DNA of 64,000 nucleotides from Deltaproteobacteria bacterium (GTDB lineage Bacteria; Myxococcota_A; JAADFL01): NCBI GenBank assembly GCA_013152945.1, contig JAADFL010000205.1, positions 23,301 to 87,300 of the forward strand, read 5' to 3'. Shown piece by piece: positions 63,691 to 64,000 of this stretch (position 1 is its first letter; each line of letters starts with the position of its first letter). The notes under the pieces were generated by a model. It saw only the letters and a program-made list of their open reading frames with translations, ran no database searches and was not told where the DNA came from. The position numbers and the translations under genes were made by a program.

Positions 63691-64000
63691 ATGGAAAAAA
63701 CTTTGTCATTAAAAATATCACCTGTACTTGCGGCAGCTTTATTGTTCTGTCTGTCCGTCCGTGCCTCGGCCGGGTACATGCAGGGACAAATCCGCTTGGA
63801 CCCGGACAATCCAAGCCGCATGATCTACCATGGTATCAAGGTAAACGGCCGGCCCAAGCCCGTGGTATTCTGCGGTCCCGGTGATCCGGAAGATTTCTTT
63901 TACAATAATACAGAGGCCAACCTGGAACTATTGATATCAAAGGGAGCAAGATGCACCTATATCACGGCTTATTTGCAGGACTTCGGCGGCGGCAACCCAG
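63691..64000 (+). CDS. Hypothetical secreted protein, 5' partial (runs off window end)
   Basis: AGGAGG RBS at 63680..63685, ATG at 63691, signal peptide (LAAALLFCLSVRASA). The frame stays open to position 64000, so it is absent from the ORF track, which lists only a different-frame 69-aa ORF here. Confidence 0.5.
   Translation, partial: MEKTLSLKISPVLAAALLFCLSVRASAGYMQGQIRLDPDNPSRMIYHGIKVNGRPKPVVFCGPGDPEDFFYNNTEANLELLISKGARCTYITAYLQDFGGGNP

Overview
This 64 kb window is a gene-dense, accessory-looking stretch of bacterial chromosome. It is dominated by large secreted or cell-surface proteins. Local GC content varies by eye from about 45% in flanking genes to about 65% in the Rhs gene. Three proteins end in a shared motif: a 'GCGC' or 'GCEC' sequence, a hydrophobic transmembrane segment, and a basic cluster. 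This resembles the Cys-type MYXO-CTERM sorting tags of Myxococcota and tentatively suggests a myxobacteria-like lineage. Surface and secreted proteins include:
- a lipoprotein-type Rhs/YD-repeat toxin with NHL repeats and an uncharacterised C-terminal domain
- a gingipain-like (C25) cysteine peptidase
- an S8 subtilisin
- a 1,646-aa PKD-repeat/beta-helix lipoprotein
- a beta-lactamase-fold/cadherin-like mosaic protein
Four of the secreted proteins carry long Thr-Asp dipeptide linkers, each encoded by a GAYACN hexanucleotide tract that also produces many spurious antisense ORFs in the six-frame track. A PMT/ArnT-like GT-C membrane glycosyltransferase sits next to the first TD-repeat gene. Housekeeping and regulatory genes include:
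- selA, tatA and a thioredoxin
- a phasin-like protein followed by an orphan ParA ATPase and an overlapping acyltransferase
- a small alarmone hydrolase next to a GT4-coiled-coil glycosyltransferase
- a TPR/PEGA pair
- an ATP-grasp gene followed by a PEP-utilising-N-domain gene
- a rhodanese lipoprotein and two outer-membrane beta-barrels
- a DUF58/BatA_N/double-vWA cluster with no MoxR ATPase in the window
- a LysM-amidase
- a tandem of three PilZ genes, the middle one fused to a lid-less Hsp70
I saw no rRNA, tRNA, CRISPR array or transposase. All assignments are read by eye from motifs; no searches were run.
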